Source: a bacterium
Lineage (GTDB): Bacteria > Methylomirabilota > Methylomirabilia > CAVQYV01
Direction of reading: 5' to 3'
Length of the DNA: 18,980 bases
Assembly: GCA_043800755.1 (NCBI GenBank)
Contig: JAZDMQ010000066.1
Span: 1 to 18,980, forward strand
Shown: positions 1-8,122 of the stretch, in pieces
Layout of the letters: each line of letters opens with the position of its first letter
Numbering within the stretch: the stretch's first letter is position 1
Notes under the pieces: generated by a model
Database searches by the model: none
Seen by the model: the letters and a program-made list of their open reading frames with translations, nothing else
What the model was told of the DNA's origin: nothing
Translations under genes and position numbers: made by a program

Positions 1-26
1 AATGCAATTCGCAGGGGACGTGCCAT
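1..26 (-). CDS. N-terminus (partial, runs off window) of a probable REP-associated/IS200-like tyrosine (Y1/HUH) transposase
   Basis: ATG at 26 on - strand reads MARPLRIA..., the typical start of this family (MARPLRIxxxGxxYHV). It is preceded by the GGGTCAGGTCT...TTGACA motif commonly seen at such element ends. Only 8 codons are visible. Confidence 0.5.
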
Positions 27-90
27 GGCTGACCAAAGAGAGACCCCGTCTTCTGACGGACAGCAAGGAATGGGATAAGCGAACAACTCC

Positions 91-120
91 CTGTTACCAT
101 AGAGGGCGGTGGTTTGTCAA
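91..120 (-). promoter_or_regulatory. possible sigma70 promoter of the transposase
   Basis: TTGACA (120-115), 18-bp spacer, TG-G-TAACAG (weak extended -10). Confidence 0.3.
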
Positions 121-129
121 GAGTGTAGA

Positions 130-161
130 CCTGACCCAAGAACAGCCTGACCCAAGAGCAG
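130..161. repeat. 16-bp tandem direct repeat at the putative element end
   Basis: CCTGACCCAAGAACAG (130-145) and CCTGACCCAAGAGCAG (146-161), 1 mismatch. Confidence 0.85.
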
Positions 162-163
162 CC

Positions 164-454
164 CCATTGGAGAATAGAACGCACGGCAGCACGAAGGTCG
201 GTATCCCCCGACAGTTGATCACAGAAGGAATTGAGAAGTCGGTTGCGCTCTTCTTCCTCCATTTTTTGTTTTGCCAAAGAGAGAATCCAGTTATGAATCA
301 GCTGAGCCCTAGAAGAAGTAATTGCATCATTTGGGAACCTTTCGCACGGAAACAAAAAGATAGCGCCGGCAATACGGTTTATCTCGTTGATACTTGTAGC
401 GTACTTTAAGGCATCGCCCACTTGGACCGCAATCAGTCTGTAGTTGGCTGCCAT
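164..454 (-). pseudogene. integron cassette gene (MAANYRLIAVQVGDALKY...), apparently truncated after ~96 codons by the repeat/transposase element
   Basis: ATG at 454 with GGAG upstream, ~40 bp after the attC crossover; AT-rich. The frame has no stop before the window edge (so it is absent from the ORF track) but enters the GGGTCAGG repeats after ...AVRSILQW. Confidence 0.55.
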
Positions 455-486
455 GCTTTTATCGCTCCATTTTTCTTTCTATTCTT

Positions 487-570
487 CACCAACGCCCAAG
501 TTCACCCGCGGCTTTGCCGTAGGCGCGAAGCGCCGGAGGCAAAGGCGTCGGGTGGAACGCCTTGTTGGGC
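487..570 (-). other. attC site (integron cassette recombination site), 84 bp
   Basis: - strand: GCCCAAC-aaggcgttccacccgacgcctttgcc...ggcaaagccgcgggtgaacttgggc-GTTGGTG. R'' fits RYYYAAC, R' begins GTT, and the interior is an imperfect palindrome with unpaired bases. Confidence 0.85.
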
Positions 571-1108
571 AGACGCGTTGCAAGCTTGCGGAGCAGCGGA
601 CCTATCAAGCTGGCGCCGCTCGACTGATTCGCGTGAGTGGGCACGGCTGCAAAGCCTCAATCGTGCGGACGGACCGAGATGCCGGTACCCCAGGAAGAGC
701 GCGGCGCCGTGGCCTTCGGGTGATCATGCCGAAGGCATCGTCGTTCGGGCCCCAACGCATGGAGGTGAGTCTCGGTTGCCAAGCCTGGTTGCTGGACCAG
801 CTCGGCGGCTTCCGAAGCCGTGATTGGCAGGAGCGTCCAATACTGGGGGTCTTCGCCGTCTGCCCAGTCGATTGTCTCTGTGAAGACCGAGACGAAGTGC
901 TGGGTGCAGCTTCGACAAGCGAGGATCATGACGTGAAAGTGCGACTCATCGATCAGGTCAGCCTCACGAGCAAGCGCCAAGCGAGCCTCCCAGGCGGCGT
1001 CCGGGGTAGCTGGCCAGCAATGCTCGCAGCCGAAGTCCGTCTGCGCTGTTTCGTCATCGACCATGTTCGTCTCCGACCGGGTCGAATACTCGCCAAGCGT
1101 CTGCCTAA
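493..1108 (-). mobile_element. complete integron gene cassette (616 bp)
   Basis: Bounded by two G|TT crossover points. Cassette start TTAGGCAGACGC is complementary to its own end GCGTCTGCCCAAC, as expected for a circularisable cassette. Confidence 0.8.
657..1064 (-). CDS. cassette-encoded hypothetical protein, 135 aa, two CxxC motifs (putative Zn-binding)
   Basis: ATG at 1064 with GGAG RBS; CEHC and CRSC motifs. The longer ORF-track version (to 1367) would read through the attC and is not preferred. Confidence 0.75.
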   Translation of the reverse strand: MVDDETAQTDFGCEHCWPATPDAAWEARLALAREADLIDESHFHVMILACRSCTQHFVSVFTETIDWADGEDPQYWTLLPITASEAAELVQQPGLATETHLHALGPERRCLRHDHPKATAPRSSWGTGISVRPHD

Positions 1109-1229
1109 CAAAGCGAAATTGAGCGGCAACCGCAGACGGCGCGTATCCAGCGAACGCTTGCGTTCGCGTCTTAGCGCCGACCAGGCGGGCAGCCCCGAAG
1201 GGGTTGACCGCTCGAATGACTTGTTCGCG
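1103..1229 (-). other. attC site, 127 bp
   Basis: - strand: CGCGAAC-aagtcattcgagcggtcaacc...ggttgccgctcaatttcgcttt-GTTAGGC. R' is canonical GTTRRRY and the L''/L' arms pair; R'' deviates from RYYYAAC. Confidence 0.75.
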
Positions 1230-1358
1230 CCGAAGGCGCAGCAAGTCAGGAGAGTGACGGGCAATTCCGCCTTCATTCGCACCGCCTTGCGGCGCGACGA
1301 TCCATTTGACCGACTGGGTACGGCTTTTTGTTGCCCCATCCACCCTGTTCATGGTAAA

Positions 1359-1386
1359 AGTATCCACAATCCGCCTTCTTTGTCAA
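1359..1386 (-). promoter_or_regulatory. putative sigma70 promoter facing the cassette array (Pc-like)
   Basis: TTGACA (1386-1381), 16-bp spacer, GATACT (1364-1359). Confidence 0.45.
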
Positions 1387-1498
1387 CAATCATCTCATGT
1401 GCAGAGGGTATCGGCCAAGAGGTGCGAAAGCACACAACAGGGTCCCTGCCTCTGCCATCCAACAGATGGGGTGGCGTTTGATTTCAGGGGAATCGCAT

Positions 1499-2008
1499 GT
1501 GGTTGCCATTCGCCAGGAAAGGACGGAAGACGCTGCTGCCATCCGGCAGGTCAACGAGCAGGCGTTCGGACAGGCGGAGGAGGCGGATATCGTTGATGCG
1601 CTCCGCCGGCGGGGTGCCTTCACCCTGTCTCTGGTCGCCCTTCTCGCTGATCAGGTCGTCGGGCACATCCTGTTTACCCCAGTCACCATCGAGTCAGGGA
1701 ATTCGAGCTTCGAGGCCCTCGGCCTGGGGCCGATGGCGGTATTGCCGCCCTACCAAAGGATGGGAATCGGCTCGAAGCTAATTCGTGCCGGCCTCGATCA
1801 ATGCCGCCAGGCCGGCCACGAGATCGTGATCGTGCTGGGCCATCCGGAGTACTATCCCCGCTTTGGATTCTCGCCGGCCAAGCCCCTCGGCATCCAGTAT
1901 GAGCAGGAGGTTCCTGACGAAGTCTTCATGCTCACGGAGCTCCGCGCGGGCGCTCTGGCCGGCCGGGGCGGGATCGTGAGATACCAGCCGGAGTTCAACT
2001 CGGTTTGA
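1499..2008 (+). CDS. GNAT N-acetyltransferase, YhbS-like (169 aa)
   Basis: IRQERTED..., VVGHILF, LGPMAVLPPYQRMGIGSKLI (acetyl-CoA motif A), VLGHPEYYPRFGF. GTG start at 1499 after AGGGG RBS. Confidence 0.9.
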   Translation: MVAIRQERTEDAAAIRQVNEQAFGQAEEADIVDALRRRGAFTLSLVALLADQVVGHILFTPVTIESGNSSFEALGLGPMAVLPPYQRMGIGSKLIRAGLDQCRQAGHEIVIVLGHPEYYPRFGFSPAKPLGIQYEQEVPDEVFMLTELRAGALAGRGGIVRYQPEFNSV

Positions 2009-2040
2009 CCAAGCGCCTTGCTAATCGAGAAGAGGTGAAG

Positions 2041-2496
2041 ATGACCATCCAAGCCCGATACGTCCACACGAACGTCGTCGCAAAGGATTGGAAGAGACTG
2101 GCCCGGTTTTATGAAGAGGTCTTCGGCTGCTCGCCCGTCCCTCCGGAGAGAAACCTCTCAGGCTCCTGGCTGGAATCGGCTACCGGGGTGTCAGGGGCTC
2201 AGATTCAAGGGGTCCATTTGCGGCTGCCAGGCCCAGGGAACGAAGGGCCGACGCTGGAGATCTTCCAATATAACCAGGAGGAAGGGCGACCCAAGACCGC
2301 AATCAACCGCCCTGGATTCGCCCATATCGCCTTCGCCGTAGAGGAGGTCGAGGCCGCCCGCAAGGCGGTGCTCGCGGCGGGCGGAGGGGTAGTCGGGGAG
2401 GTCGTTTCAGTAGAGATCCCGCCCGCCGGCAAAGTCATCTTTGTCTATGTCACCGATCCGGAGGGAAACATCATCGAGCTGCAGCACTGGTCTTAG
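2041..2496 (+). CDS. VOC/glyoxalase family protein (151 aa)
   Basis: YVHTNVV, LEIFQY, FAHIAF, DPEGNIIELQ metal-ligand motifs; ATG at 2041 after GAGGTG. Confidence 0.9.
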   Translation: MTIQARYVHTNVVAKDWKRLARFYEEVFGCSPVPPERNLSGSWLESATGVSGAQIQGVHLRLPGPGNEGPTLEIFQYNQEEGRPKTAINRPGFAHIAFAVEEVEAARKAVLAAGGGVVGEVVSVEIPPAGKVIFVYVTDPEGNIIELQHWS

Positions 2497-2520
2497 CGAT
2501 CGCGGGGAGGGCTCAAGATT

Positions 2521-2676
2521 ATGGAGAAGATTAACATCGGAAGCAATGCTTTCGTGTACCCTATGCCGGTTTCGATAGTGGGCGCGATTGTTGACGGCCG
2601 GCCTAATTTCATGGCAGTAGGCTGGGTCTGTCGGGTAAACCGAACTCCACTTCAATGTTGCCCTTCTCTGAGCTAA
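2521..2676 (+). pseudogene. truncated flavin reductase/flavoredoxin family gene (51 codons)
   Basis: GGGGAGG RBS, then MEKINIGSNAFVYPMPVSIVGAIVDGRPNFMAVGWVCRVNRTP, a typical family N-terminus. Resemblance ends near 2649 and TAA follows at 2674-2676. Confidence 0.75.
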
Positions 2677-4440
2677 ATGGATAACCCTTTCCCTTCCTCT
2701 TCCCCTTCCCCATTCTTAGTTTTCGACTTCTGCGACCGCCAGGGCAGACTACAGCGCCTTGGCTTCATGAATCCTTCAAGGATCATTATTGCGAATTCTG
2801 TGGACGAAGTTCGACCGGCACTCCGAACAGTACACCAGTCAGTGGGCGCCGGATTCTACGCGGCTGGATACATCTCCTACGAGGCTGCACCCGCCTTTGA
2901 TTCAGCATTAGTGGCACATGAGGCAAGGATACCTTTGCTCTGGTTCGGCCTCTTTCGGGGGCCGGTTGAAGTTGCCCCTTCCCACTCTGATGACGGGTTT
3001 CATCTCACAGACTGGCAACCCTCGATCACTCGAAACCTGTATGATAGCCATATTGCGGCAGTACGGGAGGCGATCGCACGAGGTGATACCTACCAGGTGA
3101 ACTATACCATGCGATTGCGTGCTCGATTTGAAGGCGATGACTTCGCCTTCTACCATCGTCTGCGGCACGCACAGCGTGCAAGCTACTGTGCTTATCTCAA
3201 CATGGGGCGCTACCGCATTCTCTCTGCCTCCCCAGAGCTGTTCTTTCGCTGGCACGGTAGCCAAATCATCACCCGACCCATGAAAGGAACCGTGCGGCGC
3301 GGGCGCTGGACTGAGGAGGATGAAGCCTTATCTGCCTGGCTTGCAGCCTCGGAGAAGAATCGTGCGGAAAATGTAATGATCGTTGATTTACTTCGCAACG
3401 ACTTAGGGCGAGTTGCGGAGATTGGCTCTGTGTATGTCTCCCGCCTCTTTGAGATTGAGCGTTACCGTACGGTCTTCCAAATGACCTCCACTATTTCCGC
3501 GAAGGTGCCTCCTTACACAACTTTGGAGGATGTATTCGCGGCGCTTTTCCCCTCCGGCTCCATCACCGGCGCACCAAAGGTGAGTACGATGGAGCTCATC
3601 GCGGAGCTGGAAGAGGAACCACGGAATAGTTACTGCGGTGCAATTGGCCTGGTGACACCCGACGGGGAGGCTGTATTCAATGTCGCCATTCGCACCGTGT
3701 TGGTGGATAGCCAGACGGGCATCGCAGAGTACGGCGTTGGCGGTGGCATCACCTGGGACTCCACTGCCGAGGATGAGTACGCGGAGGCACTGGCCAAGGC
3801 AGCGGTCCTGGCAGAGGCGTGGCCCAGGTTCGACCTGTTGGAGACCCTTCGCCTGGAGGAAGGAACATATGCGCGGTTAGAGAGGCATCTTGAGCGCCTC
3901 ATCGCCTCAGCTTCCTACTTCGACATCCCTCTCTCGGCCGAGGGAGTGCGATCTGCATTGGAAGAGCACGCACGGGTCTATTCGAGTGGAGCACGGCGGG
4001 TGCGGCTTCTGGTCTCGCCCGAGGGAAAAGTGCGGGTGGAGAGCGATCCATTGCCTCTGGCCTCCCAAGCTTCACTCCCTGTTGCCCTGGCAAGTCAACC
4101 CGTTTCCCGATTCAATCGTTTTCTCTACCATAAAACCACCTACCGATCCCTCTATGAGGCGCATCGGGCCGTACATCCCGATGTCTTTGATGTCCTGCTC
4201 TGGAATCAGGAAGGAGAACTCACCGAGTTTACCATAGGCAACCTTGTAATCGAGATGGATGGCTGCCGCTGGACGCCACCCCGTGAAAGCGGCTTGTTGG
4301 CAGGCACCTTCCGCGCCCATCTGATCGACCGGGGTGAGATCTGTGAGCGAGTCCTTTCGCGGGGAGATTTAGGGCGCGCCTCGCATCTCTGGTTGATCAA
4401 CAGCGTCCGAGGTTGGGTGCCTGTGCACTTGGTCCCGTAG
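2677..4440 (+). CDS. pabB: aminodeoxychorismate synthase component I fused to class IV aminotransferase-like ADC lyase (PabB-PabC fusion)
   Basis: GDTYQVN, SPELFF, TRPMKGT, KNRAENVMIVDLLRNDL, FPSGSITGAPK, GGGITWDS; C-terminal LLETLR...HLERL, HKTT (PLP lysine), SGLLAGT, NSVRG. Confidence 0.92.
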   Translation: MDNPFPSSSPSPFLVFDFCDRQGRLQRLGFMNPSRIIIANSVDEVRPALRTVHQSVGAGFYAAGYISYEAAPAFDSALVAHEARIPLLWFGLFRGPVEVAPSHSDDGFHLTDWQPSITRNLYDSHIAAVREAIARGDTYQVNYTMRLRARFEGDDFAFYHRLRHAQRASYCAYLNMGRYRILSASPELFFRWHGSQIITRPMKGTVRRGRWTEEDEALSAWLAASEKNRAENVMIVDLLRNDLGRVAEIGSVYVSRLFEIERYRTVFQMTSTISAKVPPYTTLEDVFAALFPSGSITGAPKVSTMELIAELEEEPRNSYCGAIGLVTPDGEAVFNVAIRTVLVDSQTGIAEYGVGGGITWDSTAEDEYAEALAKAAVLAEAWPRFDLLETLRLEEGTYARLERHLERLIASASYFDIPLSAEGVRSALEEHARVYSSGARRVRLLVSPEGKVRVESDPLPLASQASLPVALASQPVSRFNRFLYHKTTYRSLYEAHRAVHPDVFDVLLWNQEGELTEFTIGNLVIEMDGCRWTPPRESGLLAGTFRAHLIDRGEICERVLSRGDLGRASHLWLINSVRGWVPVHLVP

Positions 4441-4563
4441 AATCCCTGGGCGGAACCGAAGGATGACAGAGACCTCGAAGCGGTAAAAAAGGTGCAGGAG
4501 CTCATCGAGCGGCTGCGGGCATGGAGGGAGGAGGATGGACCTGATTTCGAGAGGAGGAATTCG

Positions 4564-5532
4564 ATGCCCAACAAATTGATAGAGCTGAAGGAGGCGGCGG
4601 CCCGGGTGCCCGATGAGACCACCATTTCCTTTGGCGGCTTCACCACCCAACGCCACCCCATGGCCTTCGTCTACGAACTGATACGCTTGAAGAGGCGCAA
4701 GCTCTATCTGTACGGGCATTCTCCCGGCGGGGATTGGGATATCCTCATTGGGGCAGGCTGTGTGAAGCGGGTGGAGCTGGCCTACGAAGCTGACGAGGCG
4801 TTCAACACGGTCGGGCCCCGCTGGCGGCTGGCAGTAGAGCGGGGCGAGATCGAGTGGGAGGATTATAGCAACTTTGCCATGGTCTCCCGGTTCGCGGCCG
4901 GAGCCATGGGCATTCCCTTCATGCCGATCCGCAGCTTGCTCGGCAGTGATGTATTGCTCCAACAGGCCCTCACGGATGAGCAGCGTGCTGCCGATCCCCG
5001 CACCTCTCCCAAGAAGCTTCACGTGATGGAGTCCCCCTTTGACCCCAATGACCGGGTGGTACTGGTCCCGGCCATTCACACCGATTTCGCGGTGCTGCAT
5101 GTGCAGAAGGCGACCGTGGATGGTACGGTTCGGATGGAGGGCCAGACCTTCGCGGATGTGCAACAGGCCCTGTGCGCAGATACGGTGATCGTGACCGCCG
5201 AGGAGATCGTGGAGGAGGAGATACTCCGCTCCGAGCCGGAGCGGAACCCCCTCCCCTATTTCGCGATCCAACATGTTTGCCATGTGCCGTTCGGTTCCCA
5301 CCCTTATGCCGTGTTCAACTATTATGACTATGACCCCCGCCAGCTGAAGATTTACCACGAGGCCGCCAAGGAGGACGCCTCCTTCCAGCGTTATCTGGAG
5401 GAATTCGTTTACGGGGTGAAGAGCCACGCGGAGTACCTGGAGGCGGTGGGCGGCCTCTCCCGGCTTGATGCCCTGAAAGCTGACCCGGCCTATGGATACA
5501 GCCCGAACCTCAAAAGAAGGAGGCTGGACTGA
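4564..5532 (+). CDS. family I CoA-transferase subunit A, glutaconate CoA-transferase GctA-like (322 aa)
   Basis: ISFGGF...HPMAFVYELIR, ILIGAG, RFAAGAMGIPFMP, LVPAIHTD...HVQKA, VPFGSHP; ATG at 4564 after GAGGAGG. Confidence 0.88.
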   Translation: MPNKLIELKEAAARVPDETTISFGGFTTQRHPMAFVYELIRLKRRKLYLYGHSPGGDWDILIGAGCVKRVELAYEADEAFNTVGPRWRLAVERGEIEWEDYSNFAMVSRFAAGAMGIPFMPIRSLLGSDVLLQQALTDEQRAADPRTSPKKLHVMESPFDPNDRVVLVPAIHTDFAVLHVQKATVDGTVRMEGQTFADVQQALCADTVIVTAEEIVEEEILRSEPERNPLPYFAIQHVCHVPFGSHPYAVFNYYDYDPRQLKIYHEAAKEDASFQRYLEEFVYGVKSHAEYLEAVGGLSRLDALKADPAYGYSPNLKRRRLD

Positions 5533-6302
5533 TGGCAGATCAACGCTACACGCTCATCGAGCTGATGGCAGTGGCCGCGGCCCGGGAAATCAGGGATGGA
5601 GAGGTGGTTTTTGCGGGGACGGGCTTGCCCATGCTGGGCGTCATGCTGGCCCAACGCACTCACGCTCCCCGTTGCTGTATCATTTTTGAGGCCGGCACCA
5701 TCGCGAGTCAACTTGCCCACTTGCCCATGTCCGTCGGTGATCCTCGAAATATCCTGGGAGCCGCCACCGCGGCGGGCCTCAACGAGGTCTTTGCCTATGT
5801 GCTGCAGGCCGGACGGGTAGATGTGGGTTTTCTGAGCGGGGCTCAGGTTGACCGCTTTGGCAACATCAACAGCACCTCCATTGGTCTAGATCCTCGGCAT
5901 CCCCGCGTGCGTTTCTCCGGGAGCGGCGGCGCGTGCGACATCGCTTGTCTGGCCCAACATACCATCATCATCGCGCGGCATGAAAAACGGCGTTTCCCCG
6001 AAAGAGTTGACTACATTACCAGTCCTGGTTGGCTGCAGGGCGGAGAGAGCCGGCAGAGAGCGGGCTTGATCCGCGGTGGACCGGACGTAGTAGTGACCAC
6101 CAAGGGAGTGATGCGCTTCCGCCCTGATACCAAGGAAATGTACCTGGCCAGCTACCATCCTGGGCTTACTGCACGTGCCGTCGCGAACGATACGGGATTT
6201 CCCTTGGAGATCGAGGGAGCCACCGAGACGCCTGTACCTACGGCCGAGGAATTGCGCATTCTCCGGGAGGTCGTGGATCCGGAGAGGATTTTTCTGGTAT
6301 AG
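5532..6302 (+). CDS. family I CoA-transferase subunit B, GctB-like
   Basis: VFAGTGLP, IFEAG (Glu53 at the catalytic Glu position), GFLSGAQVDRFGNINS, GSGGA, YITSPG; TGATG overlap with subunit A. Confidence 0.9.
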   Translation: MADQRYTLIELMAVAAAREIRDGEVVFAGTGLPMLGVMLAQRTHAPRCCIIFEAGTIASQLAHLPMSVGDPRNILGAATAAGLNEVFAYVLQAGRVDVGFLSGAQVDRFGNINSTSIGLDPRHPRVRFSGSGGACDIACLAQHTIIIARHEKRRFPERVDYITSPGWLQGGESRQRAGLIRGGPDVVVTTKGVMRFRPDTKEMYLASYHPGLTARAVANDTGFPLEIEGATETPVPTAEELRILREVVDPERIFLV

Positions 6303-6479
6303 GATGGAATGGGCGAGGGGTCGCCAAGGAAAACTCGAGGCGATCTTGTAGCAAGCGAGCGAGTCGGAAATGCAAGGAGGTGGTGCTTTCTAAAACCAGA
6401 TCAATATGGCTCCGGAAGAAGAAGGAAGAGGAATGTGAATGGGAAACACCGAGCCTGAGGCGCAAGAAAGGACGGAAAA

Positions 6480-8063
6480 ATGAGCGACCAAAAAAAAGGA
6501 ATAGACCGAAGGGAGTTTATCAAGACCTCTCTGGCGGCCGCCGGAGGGCTGGCTTTGACCAGTCTGATGGGCGGTTGGGCGTGGGGGAAGCCATCTGCCA
6601 ATGGCGAGCTGGCCGACTCTTCCCTATATCATTTATCCAAGATGATCCGCACCGGGGAGATCAGCTCCCAACAACTGGTGGAAGTTTATCTGGACCGGAT
6701 TGCGCAATTCGATGGACCGAACGGCCTCAACGCCTTTATCACGGTGACCCGGGAGGAGGCCCTGAGCCGGGCCGGGGAGCTGGATCGCCTCGCCAAGCAA
6801 AAGAAGTTTCAGGGGCCTTTGCACGGCCTGCCCATCGCGGTCAAGGACAACCTCGATACCGAGGGCATCCGGACCACTGGGGGCTCCAAGATCCTCGCTG
6901 AGTGGCGGCCTGCCCAGGATGCCCATGTGGTCATGAAATTGAAAAAGGCCGGGGCGATCATCATCGGCAAGACCAATATGCACGAATTCGCCTTCGGCAT
7001 CACCACCAACAATCCCCATTATGGGCCCACCCGGAACCCCTACGATCCCTCGCGCATCCCAGGCGGATCGAGCGGGGGGTCGGGGGCGGCGGCGTCTGCG
7101 GCCTTGTGTGCTGGCGCCATTGGCACCGACACGGGTGGATCGATTCGAATCCCGGCGTCCCTCTGCGGGGTCGTGGGGCTGAAGCCCACCCTGGGCCGGG
7201 TGGGGAGGGGAGGCATGATGTATCTCTCCTTCAGCCGCGATGTGATCGGCCCGATCACCAGGACTGTGAGCGACGCGGCCCTGCTGCTCCGCGCCATCGC
7301 GGGAAGGGATCCCCGGGATCCAGAGAGCCAGCCCAGAATCCTTCCCCGCCTTCCCATCCAACCAAGAGGGGTTGGCTTGCGGGGGAGGCGATTCGGCGTG
7401 CCCAAGAAGTACTTCTTCGAGGGCATCCATCCCGACACCGAACTGGTGATGGAGGAGGCCATTCGAGAGATCGAAAAGATGGGAGGTGCGATCAAGGAGG
7501 TCGAGGTGAAGCACATGGACATGGCCACCGCCACCGGCTTCGCCATCGTCCTGGCCGAGTCCGTCTACCTGATGGAGGATTATCTCCGGGCCTTCGATCC
7601 TGAGGCTACCATTGACAAGTATCTGGGCCAGTTGGGGCCGGATGTGAAGGGCGCGCTCGGCAGCCAGAAGGGCTCGCCCGAGTCCAAGCCGGTTCCGGGC
7701 TACATCTACGCCCGGTCCATCCGTGAGGATCGGGCTCAGATGATCGCCGGGTTCAAAGAGGCCATGTCCGGCCTGGATGCCCTACTCCTCCCCACTACGC
7801 CCCTACCTGCGGCCCCGATCGGCGATGATGTGGATACCGAGCTGCTGGGGCAGAAGGTCAACACCTTCCTCACCTTTATCAAGAACTGCGATCCCATCAG
7901 CGTGGTCGGCTATCCAGCTATCACCGTGCCCGCCGGGTATGGCAAAACTGGACTTCCCATCGGCCTGCAGATCGTGGCCCGGCCCTGGGAGGAAGCCAAC
8001 CTCCTGAGCATGGCCTACGCCTTTGAGCAGGCCACCAAAGTGCGGAAGGCACCCCAACTATAA
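6480..8063 (+). CDS. amidase signature family enzyme with twin-arginine (Tat) signal peptide
   Basis: DRREFIK Tat motif plus hydrophobic stretch; PIAVKD (Lys), GKTNMHEFA, PGGSSGGS, GTDTGGSIRIPA (Ser-cisSer-Lys triad). Confidence 0.92.
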   Translation: MSDQKKGIDRREFIKTSLAAAGGLALTSLMGGWAWGKPSANGELADSSLYHLSKMIRTGEISSQQLVEVYLDRIAQFDGPNGLNAFITVTREEALSRAGELDRLAKQKKFQGPLHGLPIAVKDNLDTEGIRTTGGSKILAEWRPAQDAHVVMKLKKAGAIIIGKTNMHEFAFGITTNNPHYGPTRNPYDPSRIPGGSSGGSGAAASAALCAGAIGTDTGGSIRIPASLCGVVGLKPTLGRVGRGGMMYLSFSRDVIGPITRTVSDAALLLRAIAGRDPRDPESQPRILPRLPIQPRGVGLRGRRFGVPKKYFFEGIHPDTELVMEEAIREIEKMGGAIKEVEVKHMDMATATGFAIVLAESVYLMEDYLRAFDPEATIDKYLGQLGPDVKGALGSQKGSPESKPVPGYIYARSIREDRAQMIAGFKEAMSGLDALLLPTTPLPAAPIGDDVDTELLGQKVNTFLTFIKNCDPISVVGYPAITVPAGYGKTGLPIGLQIVARPWEEANLLSMAYAFEQATKVRKAPQL

Positions 8064-8097
8064 AAAAGGCCTGGGCTGCAACTTGCGGCCCAGGCCT
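8062..8097. terminator. intrinsic terminator between convergent genes (U-tract on - strand)
   Basis: AGGCCTGGGCTGC...GCGGCCCAGGCCT hairpin with A6 on its left. Confidence 0.8.
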
Positions 8098-8122
8098 CAA
8101 ATCTCCTACTTTCTGTCCTTAC

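Noticed and set aside
1345-1360. LexA-box-like CTGTTCATGGTAAAAG
   Set aside because: Right half is AAG, not CAG; no integrase gene to regulate; host LexA motif unknown
953-1367. - strand ORF 953..1339 and the N-terminal extension of 657..1367
   Set aside because: They translate the attC palindrome; the ATG at 1064 has an RBS and lies inside the cassette boundary
2-1481. + strand ORFs 2..409, 422..823 and 444..1481
   Set aside because: Antisense to the cassette genes and run across attC sites; no recognisable motifs
6374-6438. AAGGAGGTG followed by a tiny ORF MAPEEEGRGM, and ORF 6380..6901
   Set aside because: SD spacing does not fit, sequence is low-complexity and purine-rich, and the long version overlaps the amidase out of frame
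6480-8063. Calling the amidase gatA
   Set aside because: Has a Tat signal and no gatB/gatC neighbours
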